Origin: Hyphomicrobiaceae bacterium
GTDB lineage: Bacteria > Pseudomonadota > Alphaproteobacteria > Rhizobiales > Hyphomicrobiaceae
DNA length: 42,185 bases
Direction: 5' to 3'
NCBI GenBank assembly: GCA_050249405.1
Contig: JBFWQN010000001.1
Span: 1 to 42,185, forward strand
Shown: positions 18,221 to 24,215 of the stretch, piece by piece
Layout: each line of letters starts with the position of its first letter
Numbering within the stretch: the stretch's first letter is position 1
Position numbers and translations under genes: made by a program
Notes under the pieces: generated by a model
Databases searched by the model: none
The model's input: only the letters and a program-made list of their open reading frames with translations
Told to the model about the DNA's origin: nothing

Positions 18221-18798
18221 TTGGCCGTTGTCCGGCCGCCCCACTCGCGATAGCACCTGTCTTGCGACCATCCAATCTCGCGCAACGCCTCGATCAGGCG
18301 ATCTCCGCTAAGGTTCAGGCTCGTGTAAATCTCGAATGCACGCCGTCGAATTTCGGGCGCGAACTGTACGGCGACACCGCCGCCCTTGCGCCCATTCTTT
18401 CTAGCCAGCGCTCGCGATGGCGCGTGCTGCCGGCGCGTGATCTGCTCGATGGCGTCCTCGATGGCAAGGTCGCGCTCGGCAAGAACCGTTGATCTGCGGC
18501 CGGTTGTTGTCTCGATCCACGAGCCGCGCGCCTCGATGTCGTGCACGCACCGCCACAAAAACTCGCGGCGATTGTCGGCCCGGCTCATGCGGAACGGCGG
18601 CATCAAATGCAGATGCCGGATAACGACCTCGTTACCCTGCCGCACGTGGTCAAGGAACGCGACCCAATCGGCCCACGTCGGCCCGACGTCGATCACGCGC
18701 GCGCAGCCGAACGCTTCGAGCTCGACGCGCTGAAGCTGAGCCGGATGCCGGGGCATCTCTCGGACTAGACCGATGAGTGTCTTTGATGACCGAACCAT
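18211..18798 (-). CDS. Serine-recombinase (resolvase/invertase)-like protein with C-terminal HTH; catalytic residues apparently lost
   Basis: The layout matches small resolvases: beta1 LIGLVRE, then EAFGC, then GRKGGG plus an HTH (LSGDRLIEALREIGWSQDRCYR). The position of the Ser nucleophile aligns with Met. The first ATG is 18798; codon 18813 is a GTG lying inside the putative -10. Confidence 0.7.
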   Translation of the reverse strand: MVRSSKTLIGLVREMPRHPAQLQRVELEAFGCARVIDVGPTWADWVAFLDHVRQGNEVVIRHLHLMPPFRMSRADNRREFLWRCVHDIEARGSWIETTTGRRSTVLAERDLAIEDAIEQITRRQHAPSRALARKNGRKGGGVAVQFAPEIRRRAFEIYTSLNLSGDRLIEALREIGWSQDRCYREWGGRTTAKWE

Positions 18799-18804
18799 GC
18801 AAAA

Positions 18805-18833
18805 GCCATACACTGGCGTTGCAAAGGTGGCAA
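18805..18833 (-). promoter_or_regulatory. Putative leftward promoter giving a leaderless transcript of the resolvase-like gene
   Basis: On the minus strand the sequence reads TTGCCA-N17-TATGGC, and the A of ATG 18798 is the 7th nt after the -10 hexamer. Confidence 0.4.
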
Positions 18834-18847
18834 GCGTGGGCTATGTT
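18819..18847 (+). promoter_or_regulatory. Putative rightward sigma70-type promoter for the small-gene cluster
   Basis: TTGCAA (18819-18824), a 17-nt spacer, then TATGTT (18842-18847). It overlaps the leftward promoter, and the two -35 boxes form the imperfect palindrome TTGCAAAGGTGGCAA. Confidence 0.5.
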
Positions 18848-18889
18848 CACATCAGCCACCGGACGGGGATTGCGATCGTGAGACGTCGA

Positions 18890-19063
18890 ATGCCGCTGTT
18901 TGCTGAGGCGAGATGGGCCATTGCATGCTGGATGCTCGGCTGCATCTTGCGCCTGACCGAGCGCGAGGCGAGCGATGAGGCTATCGAAGCGATCGGCAAT
19001 CTCGCTGAGCGGCTGAAGCCCGACCCGAAGCACGAAACCGAGTGGATGAGAAAACGCCAATAG
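18890..19063 (+). CDS. Hypothetical small protein (first gene of the rightward cluster)
   Basis: 57 aa from ATG 18890. GTG 18878 is an alternative start. It lies downstream of the putative promoter. Confidence 0.4.
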   Translation: MPLFAEARWAIACWMLGCILRLTEREASDEAIEAIGNLAERLKPDPKHETEWMRKRQ

Positions 19064-19074
19064 GGGCCCGGACG

Positions 19075-19305
19075 ATGGCGGATGCGGAAACCGATGATGA
19101 TGCGATGGCTCGACGGATAGTCGAGAGCGCGAACGAACTGGCGCGGTCTTTTTATAGGATGGCCGGCTACGTCGTGGCCGAAGAATACCGCTTCGACAAG
19201 GCAACGCATCCACAGGAGCGCCTATGCTGGCAGATGGCGTGCAAGGCGTATGAGTTCATCGACGGAACCAGCCCAGAAGATGCCCTTTCGGAAATTGACA
19301 ATTGA
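19075..19305 (+). CDS. Hypothetical small acidic protein
   Basis: 76 aa. ATG preceded by AGGGGCCCGGACG, a weak version of the junction motif. Confidence 0.55.
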   Translation: MADAETDDDAMARRIVESANELARSFYRMAGYVVAEEYRFDKATHPQERLCWQMACKAYEFIDGTSPEDALSEIDN

Positions 19306-19319
19306 GGCCCCGGATTCCG

Positions 19320-19493
19320 ATGCAATATCGCGGCTACGAGATAACGCAGGAGCAGTGGGACGGCGAGGTCGTGATATGGGTCGAGACCGCTGACGGCCCG
19401 TTCGATGTGCCGACCTTAGATCGCGCCAAGGAGTACATCGACGCCATGATCGAGGAAGACGCAGAGATGGCGGATCAGCCGGCTGCTCGGTAG
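19320..19493 (+). CDS. Hypothetical small protein
   Basis: 57 aa. ATG preceded by TTGAGGCCCCGGATTCCG. TTG 19302 is an alternative start. Confidence 0.5.
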   Translation: MQYRGYEITQEQWDGEVVIWVETADGPFDVPTLDRAKEYIDAMIEEDAEMADQPAAR

Positions 19494-19498
19494 CTCCA

Positions 19499-19517
19499 GC
19501 ACTTACCAAAGAGGCCC
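19499..19517 (+). repeat. Junction motif GCACTTACCAAAGAGGCCC (copy)
   Basis: Identical 17-nt core ACTTACCAAAGAGGCCC also occurs at 19881-19897 and 21177-21193. It lies 6 nt before ATGAGC at 19524. Confidence 0.8.
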
Positions 19518-19523
19518 AGAACC

Positions 19524-19880
19524 ATGAGCACGACGTTGCCAGAACTGCGAGCGATGCAGGCCATAGCAGATGCTGTGACTGATCTCTCGGACGATGAGGT
19601 GGCGCGCGTGGCCCGTTGGTTTTCGGATTATGCGGGCCGTAATGCCGGCGGGCAAACCGGACGCGGTATATCAAACAAGTGGCGTAGCGTGCTGACGACG
19701 ATGATGGCGGGCGAGATGGACATAGACGCCATCCAGCGCGCCGCGACAGAGGCCGGCGAAAGGCTGACACGCAATCAAGCGCGCGCGCAGTTGCACAACT
19801 ACGTCAACGCCGGATGGGTCGAGAGACTGGATGAAGGACGGTACGCGATCACAGATCGCGGGCGCGAGATGGTAGCGTAA
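19524..19880 (+). CDS. Putative winged-helix DNA-binding protein
   Basis: 118 aa. The C-terminus LTRNQARAQLHNYVNAGWVERLDEGRYAITDRGREMV looks like a wHTH recognition helix plus wing. Confidence 0.6.
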   Translation: MSTTLPELRAMQAIADAVTDLSDDEVARVARWFSDYAGRNAGGQTGRGISNKWRSVLTTMMAGEMDIDAIQRAATEAGERLTRNQARAQLHNYVNAGWVERLDEGRYAITDRGREMVA

Positions 19881-19897
19881 ACTTACCAAAGAGGCCC
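19881..19897 (+). repeat. Junction motif ACTTACCAAAGAGGCCC (copy)
   Basis: Starts directly after the TAA stop of the upstream gene. It lies 6 nt before TTGAGC at 19904. Confidence 0.8.
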
Positions 19898-19903
19898 ACG
19901 CCA

Positions 19904-20359
19904 TTGAGCATTGCAGTCCCATACGAAACGGCCACAAGCGGGGCTAGGGCGCGAGAGGAGATTACGTCTCTTCTGCGGCGCATGGGCTGCGAGGAGGTCG
20001 GCTTCATGGACGACTTCAACAGGAACGAAGTGCTTCTCGCGTTTCGCCACCGAGGTCGCCCTGTGCAGCTTCGTGCATCGGCAAACGGCTGGGCGGCGAT
20101 GTACCTGAAGGCTCACCCGTACAGCTCCAGGACGCGGGGCACACGGGCAGCCTACGAAGCCAAGGCGCTACGACAAGGGTTGCTTGCCGTGAACTCGATA
20201 TTGCGCGATTGGGTCAAGGGGCAGGTTGTTGCCGTCGAGTGTGGGATGATGTCGTTTGAGGCTGTGTTTTTGCCGCACATGATCGCTGCGGACGGCCGAT
20301 CCCTGATTGAGCACGTGGCCGATCGGAAGATGCTGCCGCCGCCGACCGACTCGCACTGA
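19904..20359 (+). CDS. Hypothetical protein
   Basis: 151 aa. The TTG start sits at exactly the same register relative to the junction motif as the ATG of the 19524 and 21199 genes. Confidence 0.55.
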   Translation: MSIAVPYETATSGARAREEITSLLRRMGCEEVGFMDDFNRNEVLLAFRHRGRPVQLRASANGWAAMYLKAHPYSSRTRGTRAAYEAKALRQGLLAVNSILRDWVKGQVVAVECGMMSFEAVFLPHMIAADGRSLIEHVADRKMLPPPTDSH

Positions 20360-20387
20360 GAACGGATCACCAGCAAAGGCCCAGATC

Positions 20388-20630
20388 ATGGACGAATGGC
20401 AGCCGATTGAGACCTTGCCGCCCACAGGGCAAGTGCTCGTGACCGACGACGACCCGGACGATGGGGATAGTTACGGCACCATTGAGCTGTGCCGGTGCCC
20501 GATGCTTCCTGACGGCAGACTGCTCAACCAGAACAGCGGGAACTTCTCGCGACCGCATGTGTGGAAATGGTGGCGTCCTACGCCGCCGCGCCGGTTTGCC
20601 AATGTCCAGCGGCAAGCATCGGTTGACTAG
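20388..20630 (+). CDS. Hypothetical protein, DUF551-like (weak)
   Basis: 80 aa. The N-terminal WQPIETLPPTGQVLV resembles the W.PI...LP signature of DUF551 phage proteins. AAAGGCCC lies upstream. Confidence 0.5.
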   Translation: MDEWQPIETLPPTGQVLVTDDDPDDGDSYGTIELCRCPMLPDGRLLNQNSGNFSRPHVWKWWRPTPPRRFANVQRQASVD

Positions 20631-20649
20631 ACAAAGAGGCCCCCCGGAC

Positions 20650-20883
20650 ATGAGCGTAGTCGATGAATGCCGAGATTGCCCAACAATCATCCGAGAGCGT
20701 GACGAGGCGCAGGATTGGGCGGACGATCTGGCCGATTTGATCGCCGCGATAACGGGGACTGACATCGGCGAGCATTCCAACCTGAACAACCCGTGGGAAA
20801 GAGCCGTCGAGGCGGCTGAAGCCTACCTTAAGCAACGCACAGAAAGGCCCCGGACGTTGGGCGCGGAGAGGACAGAGAGATGA
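20650..20883 (+). CDS. Hypothetical small protein
   Basis: 77 aa. ATGAGC preceded by CAAAGAGGCCCCCCGGAC. Confidence 0.55.
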   Translation: MSVVDECRDCPTIIRERDEAQDWADDLADLIAAITGTDIGEHSNLNNPWERAVEAAEAYLKQRTERPRTLGAERTER

Positions 20884-21107
20884 CAGAGCCATTTTACATC
20901 TGGCAAAGCGCCGAACAGATGACCGGTGACGAGAGAGCCGCATGGTTTGACAAGTGTGCAGCCGAAGCAAAGGCCGAAGGTGCTAAGCACGCGCGATTCT
21001 CGGTGCACCCAACAAACGGATGGGTTTTAGTGGAGGCATGGAAAGAGCGACCAATAGCAGACGGGGCATTGCAGGAGGGAGACCCACGTTGGCAGGTCGC
21101 GCCATAA
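20880..21107 (+). CDS. Hypothetical small protein
   Basis: 75 aa. ATGA overlap with the upstream stop, and a GGAGAGGACAGAGAG RBS region. Confidence 0.55.
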   Translation: MTEPFYIWQSAEQMTGDERAAWFDKCAAEAKAEGAKHARFSVHPTNGWVLVEAWKERPIADGALQEGDPRWQVAP

Positions 21108-21174
21108 CGCGCCGCATTCACGGTTCACTGGCGAGCATCCTCAGGGATGCTCTGGCCGGAAAACAGTAGGATCT

Positions 21175-21193
21175 GCACTTACCAAAGAGGCCC
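21175..21193 (+). repeat. Junction motif GCACTTACCAAAGAGGCCC (copy)
   Basis: Lies 5 nt before ATGAGC at 21199. It is preceded by the perfect 8-bp hairpin GAGCATCC-tcag-GGATGCTC (21133-21152). Confidence 0.8.
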
Positions 21194-21198
21194 CGGAC

Positions 21199-21675
21199 AT
21201 GAGCATGCGCTATCCACGGCTTGCGATGTTGCGCGCACGGCGGCAACGCTGGGAGAACGAACTGGCGGCGCCACATCGAGCGGCGGCGGGTCGTGCACTC
21301 CAGGTGGCACGCGAAGAGCGCGCCGCACGGGAGGGGCTGGAGCGCATTATGCGATCGTCTGTAGCTCCAGCGATCATGGACCACATGGCACGCGACATGG
21401 GGCGCGGCTTCTACGGCGAGATAATGAAAGCCATGAGAGGCATCTCCGCGTTATCCGGGACGACGACCATTACCGTTCCGACCGGCATGCTGATGGGTGC
21501 CGACCGAGAATCGATCGTTTTTCGCGTCGTGGACTGGTGGCGGTCCGAGAACGTGCCGCGCATGTCTTTTCGAGCCATCAGGGGAGAGATGGAGCACCGA
21601 GACGCGGTGACGGTCATCGAGGTGCAAGTGCCTGAGCTGCGCTACAGGCATCGCGTTGCCGATCTTTCGTTCTGA
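21199..21675 (+). CDS. Hypothetical protein
   Basis: 158 aa, last gene of the small-gene cluster. Confidence 0.6.
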   Translation: MSMRYPRLAMLRARRQRWENELAAPHRAAAGRALQVAREERAAREGLERIMRSSVAPAIMDHMARDMGRGFYGEIMKAMRGISALSGTTTITVPTGMLMGADRESIVFRVVDWWRSENVPRMSFRAIRGEMEHRDAVTVIEVQVPELRYRHRVADLSF

Positions 21676-21680
21676 TCGAG

Positions 21681-21697
21681 ACTTGTCAAAAAGGCCC
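21681..21697 (+). repeat. Degenerate orphan junction motif ACTTGTCAAAAAGGCCC
   Basis: Same register as the intact copies, but the start position reads ATTAGTTAA and no ORF follows. Confidence 0.6.
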
Positions 21698-21743
21698 AGC
21701 CCATTAGTTAATCACTTGGTTTGCAAATTAGTGTAAACAAAGC

Positions 21744-21778
21744 GGGCCGGCGGGGTGTTGGAAGCACCGCGCCGGCCC
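21744..21778. terminator. Strong GC-rich hairpin (14-bp stem with one mismatch, 7-nt loop)
   Basis: GGGCCGGCGGGGTG-ttggaag-CACCGCGCCGGCCC. Only TT follows on the plus strand, while GCTTTGTTTAC follows on the minus strand. It sits between the small-gene cluster and the 21814 gene. Confidence 0.4.
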
Positions 21779-21813
21779 TTGAACATCCCCAGAGACGACC
21801 TGGAGACGAACCG

Positions 21814-22779
21814 ATGTCCGCTTATCACCGCGCCAATGCCGGCGCAATTGCCATGGGCACGCTGTGTGCCTGCCTGGCCGGAGCCGTGCTCGCAGAGAGC
21901 GCCTGGCGCACCGGACCCACCATCGGCCACGCGCTGTCGATCGGCGCGCTGCTCATCACCATCGCCGCCGGGCACATGGCCGTCACGGCGCTGCGCCAGT
22001 GGCACGTGCTGCGCGCGGCCGGCCTCGCGCTCGTTTTCCTGGTCGGCGTCACCTACACCGTGGTCGGCACCGCCGGCCGCACGGCCGAGCAGCAGCAGGC
22101 GGCGATCGCCGCGGTGGACGGCCGGGCCGCCGACCGCGGCCGCGTCGAGGGCGAGCGCGCCCGCATCGTCAAGCTGCGGGGCGAGGCCGAGGCCATGCTC
22201 GAGAAGGTGCGCGGCGAGCACCTGGCCGAGTGCAAGGGCGGCGCCGGCAAGCGCTGCGCAGGCCTCGCCCAGTCGATCAACGTCTACGAGGCGGCGGTGA
22301 CGGGCCGCAGCGCCGAGCTGGCCGCGATCGACCGGCGGCTGTCGGGCCTCGGGGCCGCGGCGCCAGCCAACGGCGATCTGGTCGCCTTCGCCGATCTGCT
22401 CGGCGCCGTGGCGGGCATGGAGCGCGACGACACGGTGCGCCGCCTCACGGTGGCGTGGCCCTACGTGCTGCCGCTGCTGCTCGAGCTGGGCAGCATCATC
22501 TTCTGGAGCATCGGGCTGGCGTCCGCGGTGGCGCCTTCGGTTGCCCACGTGGCAACCGGCGCGCCGATCCAGACGGAGCCGGCGCCGAGCGTGCCGCCGA
22601 AGGGGCCGCGGCGGCGGAAGCTCGCCGAGGTGCAGGCGGAGCGCAACGCCAAGCTCGGCTCCTTCACCGAGGCCTACGTGGCGCGGCACGGGAGGCACCC
22701 TTCGGCCGGCGAGCTCGGCCACGGCTGCGGCGTGCCGAAGACCAGCGCCTGGCGATGGCAGCAATCCAGCGCCGCCTGA
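21814..22779 (+). CDS. Membrane protein with coiled-coil region and C-terminal HTH-like domain
   Basis: ATG 21814 with GGAG 8 nt upstream. Three N-terminal hydrophobic helices, a long Ala/Arg/Glu-rich region, a fourth hydrophobic helix (VAWPYVLPLLLELGSIIFWSIGLA), then SFTEAYVARHGRHPSAGELGHGCGVPKTSAWRW. Confidence 0.65.
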   Translation: MSAYHRANAGAIAMGTLCACLAGAVLAESAWRTGPTIGHALSIGALLITIAAGHMAVTALRQWHVLRAAGLALVFLVGVTYTVVGTAGRTAEQQQAAIAAVDGRAADRGRVEGERARIVKLRGEAEAMLEKVRGEHLAECKGGAGKRCAGLAQSINVYEAAVTGRSAELAAIDRRLSGLGAAAPANGDLVAFADLLGAVAGMERDDTVRRLTVAWPYVLPLLLELGSIIFWSIGLASAVAPSVAHVATGAPIQTEPAPSVPPKGPRRRKLAEVQAERNAKLGSFTEAYVARHGRHPSAGELGHGCGVPKTSAWRWQQSSAA

Positions 22780-22787
22780 CCCGCCAA

Positions 22788-22822
22788 CGGCCGCCCCCGG
22801 GCGGCCGCTTCATTTTCGCTTT
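22788..22822 (+). terminator. Rho-independent terminator
   Basis: CGGCCGCC-cccg-GGCGGCCG followed by CTTCATTTTCGCTTT. It lies at the convergence point with the minus-strand gene ending at 22810. Confidence 0.65.
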
Positions 22823-23049
22823 GATCTTGAGACGTAAGATCCAAGATGAGCGCAAATAATAGACACCAGAAGTCCGCCAAACAACACGCCGGGCCGCAAT
22901 GGATAAGTCGTTGGAGCGTCCAGCCATAAATAGACGCTGCCAAATAGGCCGAAGCCGCATACCAGAACAACTGCCGACCAAGGAGTAAATGGATTAGCCG
23001 TGCCGTACAAATACGATGCCAACCCGACAATGATCAGTTCGTAAATCAC
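22810..23049 (-). CDS. Small integral membrane protein (3 predicted TM helices)
   Basis: 79 aa, low G+C. Its GTG start overlaps the stop of the RHH gene (GTGA). Confidence 0.7.
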   Translation of the reverse strand: MIYELIIVGLASYLYGTANPFTPWSAVVLVCGFGLFGSVYLWLDAPTTYPLRPGVLFGGLLVSIICAHLGSYVSRSKRK

Positions 23050-23198
23050 CTTTGATCGCCGCCACTAATCGCTACATGGCGCTCCAAAACAAGCGTGATG
23101 TACGCCGCCAGCTTACGGTGATCAGCATCGGCCAATGCCTGAAGCTTGTCGCGAAGCTCCGCCGGGATCCGCACCGTGATCTGGATGTCCTTCTTCAT
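23046..23198 (-). CDS. Ribbon-helix-helix (Arc/Mnt/CopG-type) DNA-binding protein
   Basis: Not in the ORF track (50 aa). Hand translation: MKKDIQITVRIPAELRDKLQALADADHRKLAAYITLVLERHVAISGGDQR. The N-terminal beta-strand followed by two helices is typical of RHH repressors. Confidence 0.7.
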   Translation of the reverse strand: MKKDIQITVRIPAELRDKLQALADADHRKLAAYITLVLERHVAISGGDQR

Positions 23199-23212
23199 GA
23201 CATGCGTTGTCG

Positions 23213-23273
23213 GTCAATGAATGTTGACGTGCAACCTTGAACATGACAGTCAATGACAGTCAACGCCAGTCAT
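23213..23273. promoter_or_regulatory. Operator-like repeat cluster in the divergent RHH / antirepressor intergenic region
   Basis: Palindrome GTCAA-tgaatg-TTGAC (23213-23228). Tandem 10-bp repeats TGACAGTCAA (23244-23253, 23254-23263) plus a degenerate third copy CGCCAGTCAT (23264-23273). The inverted CTGTCA at 23282 overlaps the Bro start. Confidence 0.6.
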
Positions 23274-23286
23274 TGCGAGCCCTGTC

Positions 23287-24120
23287 ATGCGTGAAGCGGT
23301 CGAGAATTTAGCGTTCGAGGGCCACCTTGTGAGGGTGGCTCGTCGGGACGGAGAGCCCTGGTTCGTCGGCAAAGACGTCTGCGCAGCCCTCGATTTGCGC
23401 AATCACAACGACGCGCTGGGGAAGTTGGACGCCGACGAGCGAGCTGAGGTCGCTATCTCCGACCCCAGCGGCACGAAGCGGGCTGTGGCAATCAGCGAGC
23501 CGGGCGTCTATCGTCTCACCTTCTCTTCCAGGAAGCCCGAGGCGGAGCGCTTCAAGCGCTGGCTGGCGCACGACGTGCTGCCGGCGCTGCGCCGGACGGG
23601 CCGTTACGAGGCACAGGCGGTGGCGCCGGCCGCGCCGCAGCCGGCCGACGCGGTGCCGGAGAGCGCGATCTACCGCCTGAACCTGGTTCGCGAGGCGCGG
23701 CTGCTGTTCGGGCACGAGCGGGCGCGCTGCCTCTGGCGCCACCTCGGCCTGCCGCCGGTACCGCCCGCCCCGCCGACCGAGCGCGACGACGCGGCGCAAT
23801 GCCTGCGCCACCTGCTCGATGCGCCCGCGCATGAGGGTGGACCGCCGATCCGCAACCTGCTCGAGGCGGCGCTCGACGACGACGAGACGGCCCGGGCCAT
23901 GCTGATCGGCGCCGGCATCCGGCCGCTGCCCGACCGCGACGCCTTCACGGTGTCGAACCAGCACCCGCGCCTCGCCGCGATCTTCGCCGGCACCGACTGG
24001 CTCGGCCGGCACGGCCGCGTGATCCGCCGCCTGGCGGGCATCGCCGTCGCCGGCCCGACGCGCATCGGCGGCCTGCAGCGGCGCGGCTCTCTCGTGCCCG
24101 CCGCGATGCTCGAGGTGTAG
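23287..24120 (+). CDS. Bro-N domain protein (prophage antirepressor family)
   Basis: N-terminus F.GHLVRVARRDGEPWFVGKDVCAALDL...ISEPGVYRLTFSSRKPEAERFKRWLAHDVLPALRRTGRY matches the Bro-N signature. 277 aa, no SD sequence. Confidence 0.8.
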   Translation: MREAVENLAFEGHLVRVARRDGEPWFVGKDVCAALDLRNHNDALGKLDADERAEVAISDPSGTKRAVAISEPGVYRLTFSSRKPEAERFKRWLAHDVLPALRRTGRYEAQAVAPAAPQPADAVPESAIYRLNLVREARLLFGHERARCLWRHLGLPPVPPAPPTERDDAAQCLRHLLDAPAHEGGPPIRNLLEAALDDDETARAMLIGAGIRPLPDRDAFTVSNQHPRLAAIFAGTDWLGRHGRVIRRLAGIAVAGPTRIGGLQRRGSLVPAAMLEV

Positions 24121-24136
24121 CAGGGCCGTCCCGCCC

Positions 24137-24212
24137 CACGCGCCGGTTGCCATGTGGGCAACCGAAGGCGCAACGCAAAAGGTGCGCCCTCGCGACGCGG
24201 CCTAGTTTCGGC
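24137..24212 (+). promoter_or_regulatory. Composite conserved leader: copy 2 of the 36-nt hairpin element plus copy 2 of the AAAAGGTGCGC...TAGT element
   Basis: 24137-24172 matches 15092-15127 at 32/36 positions and contains the perfect hairpin CGGTTGCC-atgtg-GGCAACCG. 24174-24187 is identical to 4995-5008 (CGCAAAAGGTGCGC), followed by similar GCGACGC and (C/A)TAGT(T/C)TCG blocks. Confidence 0.55.
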
Positions 24213-24215
24213 CAC

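Noticed and set aside
24147-24215. TTG 24147 as start of the first fibre gene
   Set aside because: The extension runs through the conserved non-coding hairpin element, which is conserved in a different reading-frame register in its other copy. ATG 24216 begins the fibre-like N-terminus.
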